Of a DNA stretch of 26,779 nt, positions 1 through 11,530 are shown piece after piece; positions within the stretch are counted from its first letter, which is position 1, and every line of letters starts with the position of its first letter. This stretch comes from Macrostomum lignano (lineage: Eukaryota): NCBI GenBank assembly GCA_002269645.1, contig NIVC01001220.1:1-26779 (forward strand), read 5' to 3'. The position numbers and the translations under genes were made by a program. The notes beneath the pieces were generated by a model. The model saw only the letters and a list, made by a program, of their open reading frames with translations. It did not search any database and had not been told where the DNA came from.

Positions 1-167
1 CCCTCAGAAGCAAGAAAACTTGTACTGTTTTGCCCCTGACTAACTATTTGGCCATCTTCCCTTTGGAACCTAAATACCCATTTTGGCTGTTAGACTTAGT
101 CTTAGACACCTATTTTGGTGCCTAGACACCCATTTTTGCACTCAGACACCCACCTTGGCTCCCAAGG
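1..167 (+). repeat. Interspersed repeat copy A, left part (interrupted by the transposon); contains ~20-bp subrepeats agacacccattttggc
   Basis: Reverse complement of 14177-14343 with no indels. Confidence 0.9.
161..167. repeat. Left target-site duplication CCCAAGG
   Basis: Identical to 6213-6219; single copy at the empty site 14177-14183 (ccttggg). Confidence 0.9.
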
Positions 168-183
168 TAGGGACTCCAGTGAG
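168..183 (+). repeat. Left terminal inverted repeat (16 bp, imperfect)
   Basis: TAGGGACTCCAGTGAG vs revcomp of 6197-6212 TAGAGACTCCGGCGAG: 13/16, all three mismatches are transitions; TAG start fits the hAT YAR consensus. Confidence 0.85.
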
Positions 184-925
184 ATTTTGAAAGTTAAAAG
201 TCTGACAGATTTTTTATGCTTATCTGATAGATCTTACTTTCTTGTTTGCAAAAAGTATTATATTATTAGATTTGGTAAAGGAATAAGAAAGTTGTGGCCA
301 TTTTAGTGACCATTTTTTGCGGATTCTCTTATGGGATATTTGCATTATGGGCTGTGATCATTTTTTCCAAAATATTTGTTTTTTTCGTGGTTGACCAGCA
401 AGAACTTTCGTTTTGTATTACCAATTTTGCTGTTCTTGGTGTCATTTTTTTGCTTTTTTTCTTGCCTTGCTTGCTATGTACAAGGCAAGTCAGTGGTGTC
501 CTTTCTTCTTAAGTTATTTTGCACTAAGTATAGGAAAAATGATAACTGTGTGTGGTCACGGGGGCAATACATATGCTTTTTAAAGCTACAATTTGATTTT
601 ATTGATAAATTATTATAAATTTATTATACTAAATTTAAAAAACATAATAAATTATATTTATTATATTATTATAAATTAAAATTAAATGTATCATAATAAA
701 TAATATATTATAAGTTTATTTATATTATTATAAATATTACAAATATATTATAAACTATTGATAACTGAGACATAAATTATATGTCTCATTATTGATAATG
801 AGACATATTCATACTTATTTGGCACTGAATCACCTGAGTAACTCAGTAAGTCAATCAATATGTTACCATTCCAGCTGCCACTGGAGTAGACTACTGGAGT
901 ACTGACTGACTAAACAATACTATCT

Positions 926-3900
926 ATGGCCACATCCTCCACACCCAAGACCAAGCCCAACCTTCGGCTTCGTGGCAGGTCCAGATCATCCATTCGCCCA
1001 GTCACCAATGGCCAGGTGATTACTCATCTCAAGTCCAGCAGCCAGGCCCATACAGGACTTGACAAGGCCCAGCCGATTCTGAAACTGGTTGGGCTACCTT
1101 CTCACTTGATGGAGTTTGTCTCTGACAATCTGAAGAAGGCACTCCTGAAAAGGATTAAGGATTTAGAGAGAGAAGCCCAAATTCTGCTGAAGAGTCACAC
1201 TCGTGAGGCTGCGTCTGGTGATGGCATCTCGACATATGAGGCCCATTTGGCACGAGAATTCGAACCTCCAGCGGCATTGCAACAGCTGTTGAACCCAATG
1301 GCAATGCCGATTGTGCCTTTGTCAACATCACCAATGCCAATGGCCTCGAACTCACCGACTCCAGCAAGGCTTGACCAATCGAAGCAGTCTGGCATGAGTG
1401 TCTCTGTCGAAGAGAAGATCGGCATCGAGGCAGCCATTGTTGATCTGCGAGTTCACAAGGCCAAAGCCAAAGTTGCGCAGCTGAAGGCCGCCCTGGCCGA
1501 GCAGAAAGCTGAAGTCCGGCGACTGAGGGCTAAGCTAGCCAAGCGGCCTGAAATTCGCGTCTGGAATCAGCGTCTCAGACGGCTACAAGGCAGATACGAC
1601 AAGCTGCGTGCTGAGCATGCCAAGCGGCAGGCCTTTGCATCATCTGCCAGCCGTAGGCGTGACCTGCGCTTGAGGCGTGCCAACAGCCGTAGCAAGTCAA
1701 GTCAGCTCGCCACTGAGAGAGTGAAGGAGCTCAGAGCCGATACCCGCAGTTTGCACGGCCTCATCTGTGAAGCAAACGAGAAGCTTCAACAGCAGAGTGT
1801 GGGCTCCATCATCACCAAGACATCACGTCCGAGTGGAGGACAGCAGTACACGAACCAGGTCATCAGCACCTGTATGCACTTGGTGCTGGACTGCCACGTC
1901 CCTGTGCAGCACGTCAAGCCAGCGATTCGACGCGTCCTCACGGACCTCGTTGGCATCGACGCCGGCAACTTGGCGCTTCCGTCGCGTTCGCAGGTCAGTG
2001 CTTTGAGCTACAGCCTTGGCAGCTGCCTAGCTAAGGCGAGCGCGATGGAGAAGCTGCTGCATCAGGGGGCAAAGGAGGACCGACCAATAACGATCTTGCA
2101 TGATGCTACCAGCAAGAAGGGCCGACACTATGCCGCCTACCAGGTAAACTTGAGTAATGCATTTTCGTGCATATTGACAAATAATTGGACTTAAAGGAAG
2201 GAAATGAATTTAATAATTAATTATTATTATTAATATTCACAAAAAGAGAACTTTTAGTTAATAAGAATGAACTTTTATATTCACAATATGCTTTGTATTA
2301 CATATGCACCATTCATAGGTTGACACTGGGGACAGCCGCCCGATGGCTGTTTCTCTTCGCGAGGTCGAGGGTGGCACCGCGAACATCTACGCCCGCGAAC
2401 TGGACTACTCGGTGGAAGAGCTGGTCGATCTGTTTTGCTCGGTAGTTCTTGCCCACTCGAGCGACGAAGAGAGACGCCGCCTGAAGTGTAATCTACTGGC
2501 ACGCGTCAACTTCCTAATGACTGACCGACACGTGGTCAACAAGTGCCTCAACGTACTGCTCAACGAGATGCGGCAGGAGCTGGCAACCCAGCAAGGCGTG
2601 AACCCACCTCCACCTGTGACTGCACTGTTCTGCGGCATGCATGTGATTGTAAATCTTGCTGCTGCCGCAGAAGCTGCGCTGCGCGAGTGGGAGACTTGCA
2701 TGGCTGCAGAGGCCGTCGGATCTGCTGCCCTCCCTGGCTTCCGCCCGTCCCAAGCTGAATCTGGCACGCAGCGTCTAATCCGCACCGTCTGCAAGGCGTT
2801 CCATGCCCTGGGCAGTGAACAGTGTGGCGTTGCGATTCCGCTTCAAACGTATCTGGAGTCGAAGGGCGCACCGTCCCTTCGTTTGGACGACTTCCGTGGC
2901 AACCGCGCCTACATCACATTTCCCAACGGGGGAAACATTTTCTGGCAGCGAGACCGCCTGTCCGAGTTCCTGGCTGAGTACACCTGCAGCAACCGCCTGC
3001 TGATCGCAGTGCAGGCTGACTTGGCATCTGATTTGCTGCTGAGTGGCTGCCGTGCACTCGGAATTGCTGACGTTCTGCTAATCCGGCCACTGTGGGTGCT
3101 CCTGCGCTGCCGAGACGTGACCCTCACGGACATGAACGAACGCTATGAGCGCGCTTGCAATTGGCTGCGCCAGCTGTCATCGTCCGAGGGCGTTACTGTG
3201 GCCAGCAGCATGATTGGCCCATTTCCCGAACTGGCCCAGACGGTTCTCCGGGACATCCAGCTGCAGGACATCTGGGCGGCGCTGACGTCTGAGCTGACAG
3301 CCTTGGAGAACGAGATTGTCGGCCAGGCTCTGCAGGTAAATATGGGTTTTGAATTATGAATGCGCTGATTAGTCACAAAGTACAGTACAGTATCAATGAA
3401 CATTAACGAATGTATAGATTGTAGCTTTTATACTTTAAAACACCACTTCAGATCATGGCGACACACATGCTTGTGTTGCTAGAGAGAGAGGTGCGTGACC
3501 ACCTGCCTGGGGGCACTCTGCGGCAGCTCACGCCAGAAGTTGCCCAGCTTGTCTCATCTGCGCCTAAGGACAACGTAGCAGTCGAGCGAGGCTTCGGGAT
3601 GCTGGATAAGTGCGTCGCAGACAGGCCCAACATGCGCCCTCTTGCGCGCGAGTCGCTTGTGCTCTTCGGCTATAACTGCACGTCCGAGTGGCTGGCCGAC
3701 AAGACGGAGCGCGAGAAGGACCTCCTTCTTACCAGGGCACGGAAGCTGGTCCCTCAGCTCGAAAAGCGAGGGAAGGAGAGCGCCGACGCCTTGCGCAGCT
3801 GCCGCCAGGAGATTCTCCGCGCCAAGCTAGCTGAAAAGCAGCGCAAGAAGGACTCGAACGCCGAGAGCATCCGATCCATTCTCCGTGTCATCGAGGCCTA

Positions 3901-4808
3901 CGGCGGACTCTGGCCAACCATCTCCAGGATGGACGCTGTGCTGCACCAACTAGCCCCTGACCAGCACGAGAAGGCCATCAAAGCACAGCTGCAACTGCAC
4001 AAAGCGACCAGTACGTGTGGGCAGAAAAATGTGTCTGTTTGCTCACTGCTTAGCATGAAAATTATGTTTCATGTAATATTTTGTAGAGATCCACCTGCCC
4101 AAGGACAAGGCCAGCCTGCTCAACTTCTCCGCGGCTGGTGTCAAGCGCAGTGTGCCTCAACTGCGAAGCCAACTGCGTGAAGTTCTGCAGATAGTGGAAC
4201 TACAGGACCAGCAAAAGGGTGCCGATGCGCCCACCGTGCCTCCGTCCGGCCTCCTGGATGCTCGCGAGCGCAAGGAGCGAGTCCGCACTGCCATTGCTGA
4301 CAGGCTGCAGCGTCGTCAACGGATTCAAGATGCAGGAGCTGTGGCTGCTCAAGCTGGGCCTGGCCTTGGTGGACGAGGCGGCGGTCGCGGACGCGGACGA
4401 GGTCGAGGTCAAGGACGAGGTCGAGGTCAAGGACGAGGTCGAGGTCAAGGAGGAGGACGAGGTCAAGGAGGAGGACGAGGACGAGGACGAGGAAGAAGAC
4501 ACGAGGATGAGGGCGACGCCATTGACGAGACCACCAATCAGCGGACGCTGGCCAACCTCCCCGATCTGGTGAGCAGAAGAATCGAGATGAAGTTCTGCTT
4601 CACAGATGGGGAGGACTGGATACCAGGCCACGTCCTCCAGCGACTGCCATCAACCTGCCAGAGCAGGGACATTCTCAGCCAGGAGTTCAAGGTTGTGTTC
4701 GATGATTTTGAAGGGGAGTACACCTATGACCTCAACAAGGACTACCTGGCTGGCGAATTGAATGTTCTCTCTGATGACGATGACGATTATGATGATGATG
4801 ATGACTAA
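926..4808 (+). CDS. Spliced DDE transposase (~1171 aa); exons 926-2143, 2319-3335, 3452-4010, 4087-4808
   Basis: Four GC-rich ORFs join in frame across three GT-AG introns (phases 0, 0, 1); total 3516 nt = 1171 aa + stop. Motifs: ILHDATSK (D1), LMTDRHVVN (D2), FCGMH (CxxH), FRGNR, KDNVAVERGFGMLD (E; resembles the hAT C-terminal 'SxxxERxFS' motif), N-terminal coiled coil. Junctions read YAAYQ|VDTGDSRPM, QALQ|IMATH and HKAT-K|IHLPKDKASLLNFS. Confidence 0.88.
2144..2318 (+). other. Transposase intron 1 (175 bp)
   Basis: cag|GTAAAC...attcatAG|gtt; AT-rich; phase 0 keeps the frame. Confidence 0.85.
3336..3451 (+). other. Transposase intron 2 (116 bp)
   Basis: cag|GTAAAT...cttcAG|atc; phase 0 keeps the frame. 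Confidence 0.85.
4011..4086 (+). other. Transposase intron 3 (76 bp)
   Basis: cca|GTACGT...tttgtAG|ag; phase 1 joins the 3455 and 4152 ORF frames. Confidence 0.8.
4368..4497 (+). repeat. Coding 18-bp minisatellite (ggacgaggtcgaggtcaa variants) encoding GRGRGQ repeats
   Basis: Tandem units are visible directly; they translate as GRGRGRGQGRGRGQ... in the transposase frame. Confidence 0.9.
4566..4769 (+). other. Spindlin/Ssty-like Tudor module at the transposase C-terminus
   Basis: LVSRRIEMKF..EDWIPGHVLQR..FKVVFDD.EGEYTYDLNKDYLAGELNVL aligns by eye to the Spin/Ssty repeat (VGKxVEHMF..DEWRGMVLAR..[28 protein letters not shown]). Confidence 0.7.
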
Positions 4809-6196
4809 GTGTATTCATTGTTTAACAAAGTTTTTCAAGCACAGCTTGGTCTGTTCACAAAACGTAGTTGCCTGAGATTCATATTATGTACTATCTCCCA
4901 CACAGATTAGCACCTAGGCTAGTATTTGCATGTTAAGTCTTCAGAGTTTGCACCCAAAATAATCACTCATTATTACAATGAAGAATCTAGCTAACTCAGT
5001 AGCTGCATAAGTCAGAAGACATTCAAACAAAATGGCTGCTTTTCAATGCCATATAAAAAATCACCTACCTGCTTTTATTGCACAGGCATAAACCTATTGC
5101 AACAGTTCCACGGTACTCTGTACCATACATACCATACATTTTTGAGAGTTTGCATCGTTGACCAGACGAATGCCAGGGGTCGCTTGTTGGGATCACTATG
5201 CTGGGGTCTGATATCCAGCAGCTTTCCAACGGAAGCCTCTCATATGACCCCCATGTACAATGTGTACATAGAATAGAAGAGTACACATCTTGAAGACAGC
5301 AGTTGTAATGGTTATCATGGAAATGAATTTCAAGACAGTGTGTATTGACTTCATAGTGCAATTAACTTACAAAATACAGTTTAAAAATGTTCATTTTTCC
5401 TACTAATAAGGTGACGATGCAATTGCATTTGCACTGAAAGTCATAGTTACTCCTGCCGTTTACCTGAATCTCGCTGAAACATATTGATGCTCATATTTCT
5501 AAGTGCGCGGTCAGTTGTCAGAAGGAACTTTCATTCCTCACACTTGTCATGCAATTATGTATGAAAGTCAATATCAACTGTATTTGTGCGTCTCTTTTTT
5601 TCTCAAAAAAAATAAAAAATATATTTTAAATAGACATTTACTTTGATTTTACTATGATCTTTGAATCAACTTAGTAGCAATGCGCGACTAGGTAATCCCA
5701 AACGGTTTTCTGCATGTCCTTCCACTTGCAACAAAGAATAAAGAAATTTACATTTGAATTCCGTGCAGCAATCGGATGATACAAAGAAATCGAAGAAAAA
5801 AATTTGGACTACCCCTGTAGGCAACAGGGAATATTTTTTTCTTCTGAAATTTACATAAAATGATACTTAATTATGCCTAGATTGCTTTTATATTGATTAT
5901 TTTTGTTTAAAACGGTCATTTCGTTATTAAAAATTAGACTTTCCAAAGTCACGATTTTTACCGTAAAATAGGCTTCATTTTGCATGGGAATGCAAAAATG
6001 ATGAAACTTTAACTGTCCATAACTTTGTCTCTGATCGACTTTAGAAGCTGTTTGAGCACTCATTTTGAAGTACATTTATTGTGCTTTTTATTGTGTATTT
6101 CAGTTTTTACACAGTCATATTTTTTCTATCTTAGTTTTCTGTTTGAAGTAGGTGCTAAATGTACGTTTTTTCTAGTTTCAACCACGCTACTCGGAG

Positions 6197-6212
6197 CTCG
6201 CCGGAGTCTCTA
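6197..6212 (-). repeat. Right terminal inverted repeat
   Basis: ctcgccggagtctcta, pairs with 168-183. Confidence 0.85.
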
Positions 6213-6219
6213 CCCAAGG
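6213..6219. repeat. Right target-site duplication CCCAAGG
   Basis: Identical to 161-167. Confidence 0.9.
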
Positions 6220-6630
6220 AGATACCTCTAAGACACCCATTTTGGCTCCCAAGGAGACACCTCTGAGATAACCAAGCATTGGCTTGCCCCCCTCAAGAAA
6301 TTCTTGGATCTGCACAAGACATTGGTGGTATATAAAGATTATAATAAAGCTATAGTATATATGATTATAGTTTATTGCTACAGAGTATGGTATATAACTT
6401 AAGCTAATGGTAAATAAAAAGTCAGTGCTCAAATACAGTTATTAAGTTTATCAATTTTGTTCCAGTTCTAGCTAGAAAGCTATGGTTGGTTTTACTTTTT
6501 TCCTGACATAATAAAAAACTTGTTCTGCGAGTTTAATTTCTTTGAAATGGGTCCTTTATTTTAATTTTTAGACAAAATGCTTGCCTTCCTGATCTAGTAT
6601 TTACTTATTGTCCTTATTTAATGTCCATTC
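6213..6630 (+). repeat. Interspersed repeat copy A, right part
   Basis: Reverse complement of ~13765-14183; near-identical to ~6555, then more diverged. Confidence 0.9.
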
Positions 6631-7335
6631 ATCATTCTCATTTTCTCTATACTATATGTAATTTTTAACCTTGAATTTTGTTCTTTGTAACTAGAAGCAC
6701 TATATTGTGACCTTTTTAAATCATATAAATACTAAATTTGATATTTGATCATGAACTACTTGTAATAAAAAAATATTGCAAATGTATATTTTGTGACCAC
6801 AGGTGTCCATTTATCTATGTCCCTTTGAAATGTTATCATGTTTTTAGTAACTCTATAATTGATTTCAATAGTAGGCCCTAGGTATGTTGTAAAAAGCTTT
6901 TTTTCTTAGTTTTTACTGCTAATGTAATTTCTACAATATGATTTAACTAAATGTCTTAGCTTACAATTTATAGCACAATATATGTACTCATTGACACTTC
7001 CAATTTGTATCAATGAGTTAATTATCCATTCATTGAGGTTTAGTATCAGTGGAAACACAATAGAAAGAAATTTTTTATTATGAAAACATGCCTTTTGTGT
7101 TTTGGGCTTCATATATTAGGCTATTGGTACCTTTTTAGACCATGAAATCTATATAAATTTTGGATTAATCCACAATAGGCTATTTTATTATACACTGCAT
7201 TTTTGAACAATAATAATATAGGCCTAGCATTGCACTTAATATGCAACCATCTAGCCTTTATATGGCACATAAAAATGGGGTGACTAGACAGTAATATGTT
7301 ATGCTGCTACGCCATGCTATGACAATTACTAGTAG

Positions 7336-8105
7336 GCTCATTCCATATAAGCATGGTCGTAACATGACAGGTTATTTTTACTTATAAAATGAAATATAAT
7401 AATAGAATATACTAAACCAATATTTCAAATGAAAGATTATTTTGTCTAGAATATATTTATAGAGTTTTATATAGATATCATCATTATTATAGATGCTATT
7501 AAACCTTAAATGACACTTATGGTCATAACGACAGGATTTTTGACATATAGAAACTAAAAGGTAAAAGTCTTATAACATTTTTCATTTTTGATATTTTGTA
7601 ATACATTTTTAAAATTTGACTAAGAACATCTTTAGAAATCATACTCTTTTATTAGAATATATAAACTCAAAAGGCAACAAAGATACAAAAGAAAAGGCAG
7701 CCTTATGGTCGTAACATATTTTTTTCTGTCAATTCAGTAACTTTGAGGTACTAATACATTAAAAATATAATAGATTATTTGGTCACCAATGCTTTTATCT
7801 GATGATGCAAGTACTATACTTTTATCTATAGTTTGTTTCAACCTTCAAAAGCTTTCTATTTGTTTTTAAAAGGTACAAAATCTTAATGATGTCTTTTGCT
7901 TCGAAAAATGTCCAAATTTTTACAAAAATGACTTTTTGCCAATTGATAACATACTAATCCAACATTTTACCATTCCTTTATTCTTAGATTGTATATATTG
8001 CACAATATAAACATTTGGTAAAAAAATAGGCTAATTAGGCAATGGCAAGCAAAAATATTGACTTTTTTCTATTTTCCAAATATGTCCATCTTATATGGAA
8101 TGAGC
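7336..8105. mobile_element. Non-autonomous TIR element (MITE), 770 bp
   Basis: Perfect 16-bp TIR GCTCATTCCATATAAG / CTTATATGGAATGAGC; flanked by tagtag on both sides; internal repeats of atggtc(g/a)taac (~7355, ~7520, ~7705). Confidence 0.7.
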
Positions 8106-8875
8106 TAGTAGTGTAAATGAAGCTTTAGAGACTTACGTTGGTATTTAAATTATTATTCATAGAAACGATGTCTGTACAAATGCTTGTTTAAGTATTTATC
8201 TAAGCTAGGCCTAGGCCTACAAATTCTTAAGCCATTATATTTGTACCTATGTTACAGCCACTAAATCTAAAAAATATGTGAAAGTGGAAAAATATTTATA
8301 GCTCAGCATATCTTTGTGTGTAGTGAGTGGCTCTCAAAGCTTTTAAATGGACATCATATTAGCATATGATTAATAAGCATTTTTATTAGCAGTGATTATG
8401 CAAATACAATGCTTGTCTAGTTGTAGATTTATTATACCTTAATGTGTAAATAAGAAGTGAAAATAAGCTAAAGAAATGAATTATAAAAGAATGATTCATT
8501 AAAGAATATAAAAAAGTTTAAAGCTTTAACAGTAATATTCAATCTACTAAAAATTTGCATCTTTTCATTGTTGATTTAAATTTTATTAGTAAGAGGCCCA
8601 GCTTTTCAAGTTAGTCCAAGGCCTCAATGCCTAGGCTTATCAAACAGAATACATAATAGCCATTTATCAGAGCAAAAAAATTGCTACAGTAGCCTTAGCT
8701 TTTCCATATGAAGTTTTATGATTCTCTATTATAGCAATAGCTAGTTTCTTTAACTATATAGTCTAGTACTGGCTATATAAAATTGCATGAATTATGATAA
8801 AAAAGAAATTATTCTTTTTGTCATGCAAATAAAATTATCTGATGAAATATTATTATATATATATTTCTGATTTTA

Positions 8876-9800
8876 TCTATCTCTACATATAAAAATCAAA
8901 ACTCTGTGTGTGTGTGTGTGTGTCTGTGTGTGGACAATTTTGATCGCTATGGACTCCCAAACCACTCAACCAAATGACACCAAACTTTACACCCACCCTA
9001 AACTTACTACGGAGAATGTCTTAGGCTACCTTTTAATTTCCTAAATTTGAGTCTTCCTACCTAAAAGTGCAAAAAACTGCTCAAAATACGCAATTTTTTC
9101 ACTAAATCCTCCATAGCGCCGCTCCACTTCTACCGATTCTCTTCAAATTTAACACAGACAATTTTCAACTATTTTGGCAAAATCATGTAAAATTTTGAGT
9201 CTGAAAGTTAATCCTGAACGGCGCTGTGCACTTTTAAAGTTTGGCTGTTTTTTTCAGCGAGGCAGCCACCCCAACCTCCGCCCGCCTGCCTCTCTTTCCA
9301 AATCTGGGCAAAGGGTGTGAGTAGGTTTTAAAATGCCTAACTTTCGGCTGCCATAGTTTTGCTCCACATGAAGCGATTGACTTCAAATTTGACACAATTC
9401 TTTATTGACTCATTCTCTGCCTACATGTAAAGTCTCAACTCTGTATCTCAATCAGGACAGAAACTGTAAGCATGTGAATTTTGTCTGCTTTTTCTGTTGT
9501 TTGTGCCTCTCACTCACTCATTCCCCCAGCCCAGACGAAGGGTCAGGCGATAGGGCTCAATGTACTTAGCGAATGTACAGTGTTTTGGAATAACTTTTTA
9601 ATAGCCTTCTTGGCACCCCGCACGTGGAGAGGCGTGGAGAGGAGAGACAGTTTCAGCGAGAGATTCAAACCACTGTCCTCTGTATAGACAAGTCTGCAGT
9701 CGTTTAACAGTGGATGGCAAATCAAGGCGATGTGGGATGGTTTATAAAAATAGCAAAAAATTAATGAATAACTGATTAGTAGTGATTACAATGCAATCCC
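8876..9800 (+). mobile_element. Helitron/HINE-like non-autonomous repeat (right end uncertain)
   Basis: A|TCTATCTCTACATATAAAAA start, then a (TG)n microsatellite and an '...aaccaaatgacaccaaactttacac...' block typical of non-autonomous Helitron/DINE-like repeats; GC-richer than the flanks. Confidence 0.45.
8905..8932. repeat. (TG)n microsatellite
   Basis: Directly visible. Confidence 0.95.
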
Positions 9801-10094
9801 ACTAAATTAGTTACACCATGAAAATTTTAATATCAAGATTCGCATAAGGTACTTTAAAATTTAAATGGCTCCTAAGAAATACGTATTTCCTTGGTTGCTA
9901 GACTGCTGCAGACTGTGGTGGTGGAGCTGGGCTGGAGGGAGATACACAAATTCCTCTCAGGGCTGCTAATTGGCCAGAAATATGATGTGATTAAAGCATA
10001 ACAACTATGAGAGTACTACGTCCCACAAACGCTTTCGAAGCGGGGATTGACAGACTTTAACCTCAAATGCCAGATAAAGAATCAAGCTCATGGC

Positions 10095-11530
10095 TAATGA
10101 GATAAGAGTGAAAAGGAGAAGGAATAGACTATAAGAAGAGAGGAGAAGCAAGAGGAGGATAAGAGAAAAGATAGAAGACAAGAAGAGAGATGATGGGGTA
10201 AGGATAAGGAGTGAGCAGATAATATTGGAGTAAGAAGCAAGAGGAGGGGAGAGAGAAGAGAGAGGAAAGAGTAGAAGTGAGAAGAGGGAGAGAGAAGATG
10301 GGAGAGATGAGACAGGATCGATGACAGATGAGAGCAGAGAAGAGTGAGAAGAGAGTAGAGATGAGAGATGAAGGAGGAGAGAGCAGAGTGCAGAAAGGCG
10401 AGAGAAGAGAATAGAGGGGAGAGAGTATAGAAGAGAGAAGAGAAGAGGAGTAAGGAAAGAGAGTAATCAGAGGAGGGTAAAGAGAAGAGTACACTGAAGA
10501 TTGGAGAGTACAGATGGCAGAAAAGAGAGGGGATGAGAGTGAACACGATATCTGAGAGGAGAGAGGAGAGAGGAGTCAGATGAGGGGAAAGAGAAGAGTA
10601 CAGAGGAGAGAGGTGAGAACATATGAGTATACGAGAGTAAAGATGACAGATGAGAGAGGGAAGATAAGACTAAGAGAGCAAAGACGAGAGTGAACACACG
10701 GGAGATGGGAAAGTAGAGAGAAAAGAGGGTAGATAAGAAATAAGAGATGAGAGATGAAAGGTGAGACAAAGGGAGAGAGAGAGAGAAGTGAGTGAGGAAA
10801 GAGGAGGGGAGGGGAGAGAATCGAGAGGACAGGGGAAAGAGGGGAAAGGATGAGAGAGGGGTGAGGAGAGAGAGGGAGAGATAGAGGTAGAGAGCATGCA
10901 GAGAGAAATGAGAAGAGATAAGAGAGAAAATATAAAAGAAGAGAAAGGTGAGATAGATAAGAGAGCAAAGACAAGAGAGGAGAGGTGAAGGAAGAGACGA
11001 TAGAAGAGAGGAGAGAGAGACGAGAGAGTACAGAGTACAGAGGAGGGAGGAGAGGAGAAAGGAGAGAGGAGAAGTGTTCGGAGAGGGTAGAGTAAGGAGT
11101 GAGAAGAGGGGAGAGGGAAGAGAGAATAGAGAGTAGAGAGCAGAGAGAAGATAGTAGAGAGCAAAGAGAAGATAGTAGAGAGCAGAGAGAAGATAGTGCA
11201 GATCGAGCAGAGGGAAAATAGAGTAGAGAGCAGAGAGAAGAGAGAGTAGAGAGCAGAGAGAAAATAGAGTAGAGAGGAGAGAGTAGAGAGCAGAGAGAAG
11301 ATAGAATATAGAGCAGAGAGAAATGGGAAGAGATAAAACAGGAGAAAGGGAGAGATAAGAGAGCAGAGACGAGAGAGGAGAGGAGAGGAGAGAAAATAAT
11401 AAGAGGGAATAGACGAGAGAAGAGGGGATAGAAGAGAGAGAGAAGAGACCATAGACCAGAGAAGAGAGAAAACAGAAGAGAAGGTAGAGATAGAAGTTTC
11501 TAAGGATCCAACTTCAAAGGGACACAAGGA
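10095..11530 (+). repeat. Polypurine (AG-rich) low-complexity tract with degenerate agagagcagagagaagatagt units
   Basis: Overwhelmingly A/G on the + strand for ~1.4 kb. Confidence 0.95.

Larger units (their letters stand above)
168..6212 (+). mobile_element. Autonomous hAT-like (possibly hATw-type) DNA transposon, 6045 bp
   Basis: Flanked by a perfect 7-bp direct repeat CCCAAGG (161-167, 6213-6219). Termini TAGGGACTCCAGTGAG and revcomp TAGAGACTCCGGCGAG. Removing the element restores the sequence seen uninterrupted (inverted) at 14177-14183. Contains a spliced DDE transposase. Confidence 0.9.

Noticed and set aside
4219-4572. Acidic DEVEVK-repeat ORF
   Set aside because: Alternate frame of the GRGRGQ minisatellite; the spliced transposase frame is continuous with the Tudor-like domain
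5400-6100. Possible nested non-autonomous element in the 3' arm of the transposon
   Set aside because: Looks repeat-like, but I could not find TIRs or a TSD
168-6212. Classification as a P element (7-8 bp TSD, introns)
   Set aside because: No THAP domain; termini are TAG rather than CA; the C-terminal ERxF motif is more hAT-like. Not fully excluded without a phylogeny.
6187-6432. ORF MSTDFLFTISLSY..., shared with 13964-14242
   Set aside because: Same sequence because of the inverted repeat; TTG start; no coding signature
10094-11527. Several Ser/Leu/Phe-rich minus-strand ORFs (up to 285 aa)
   Set aside because: Artefacts of the polypyrimidine strand, which lacks stop codons; no domain features
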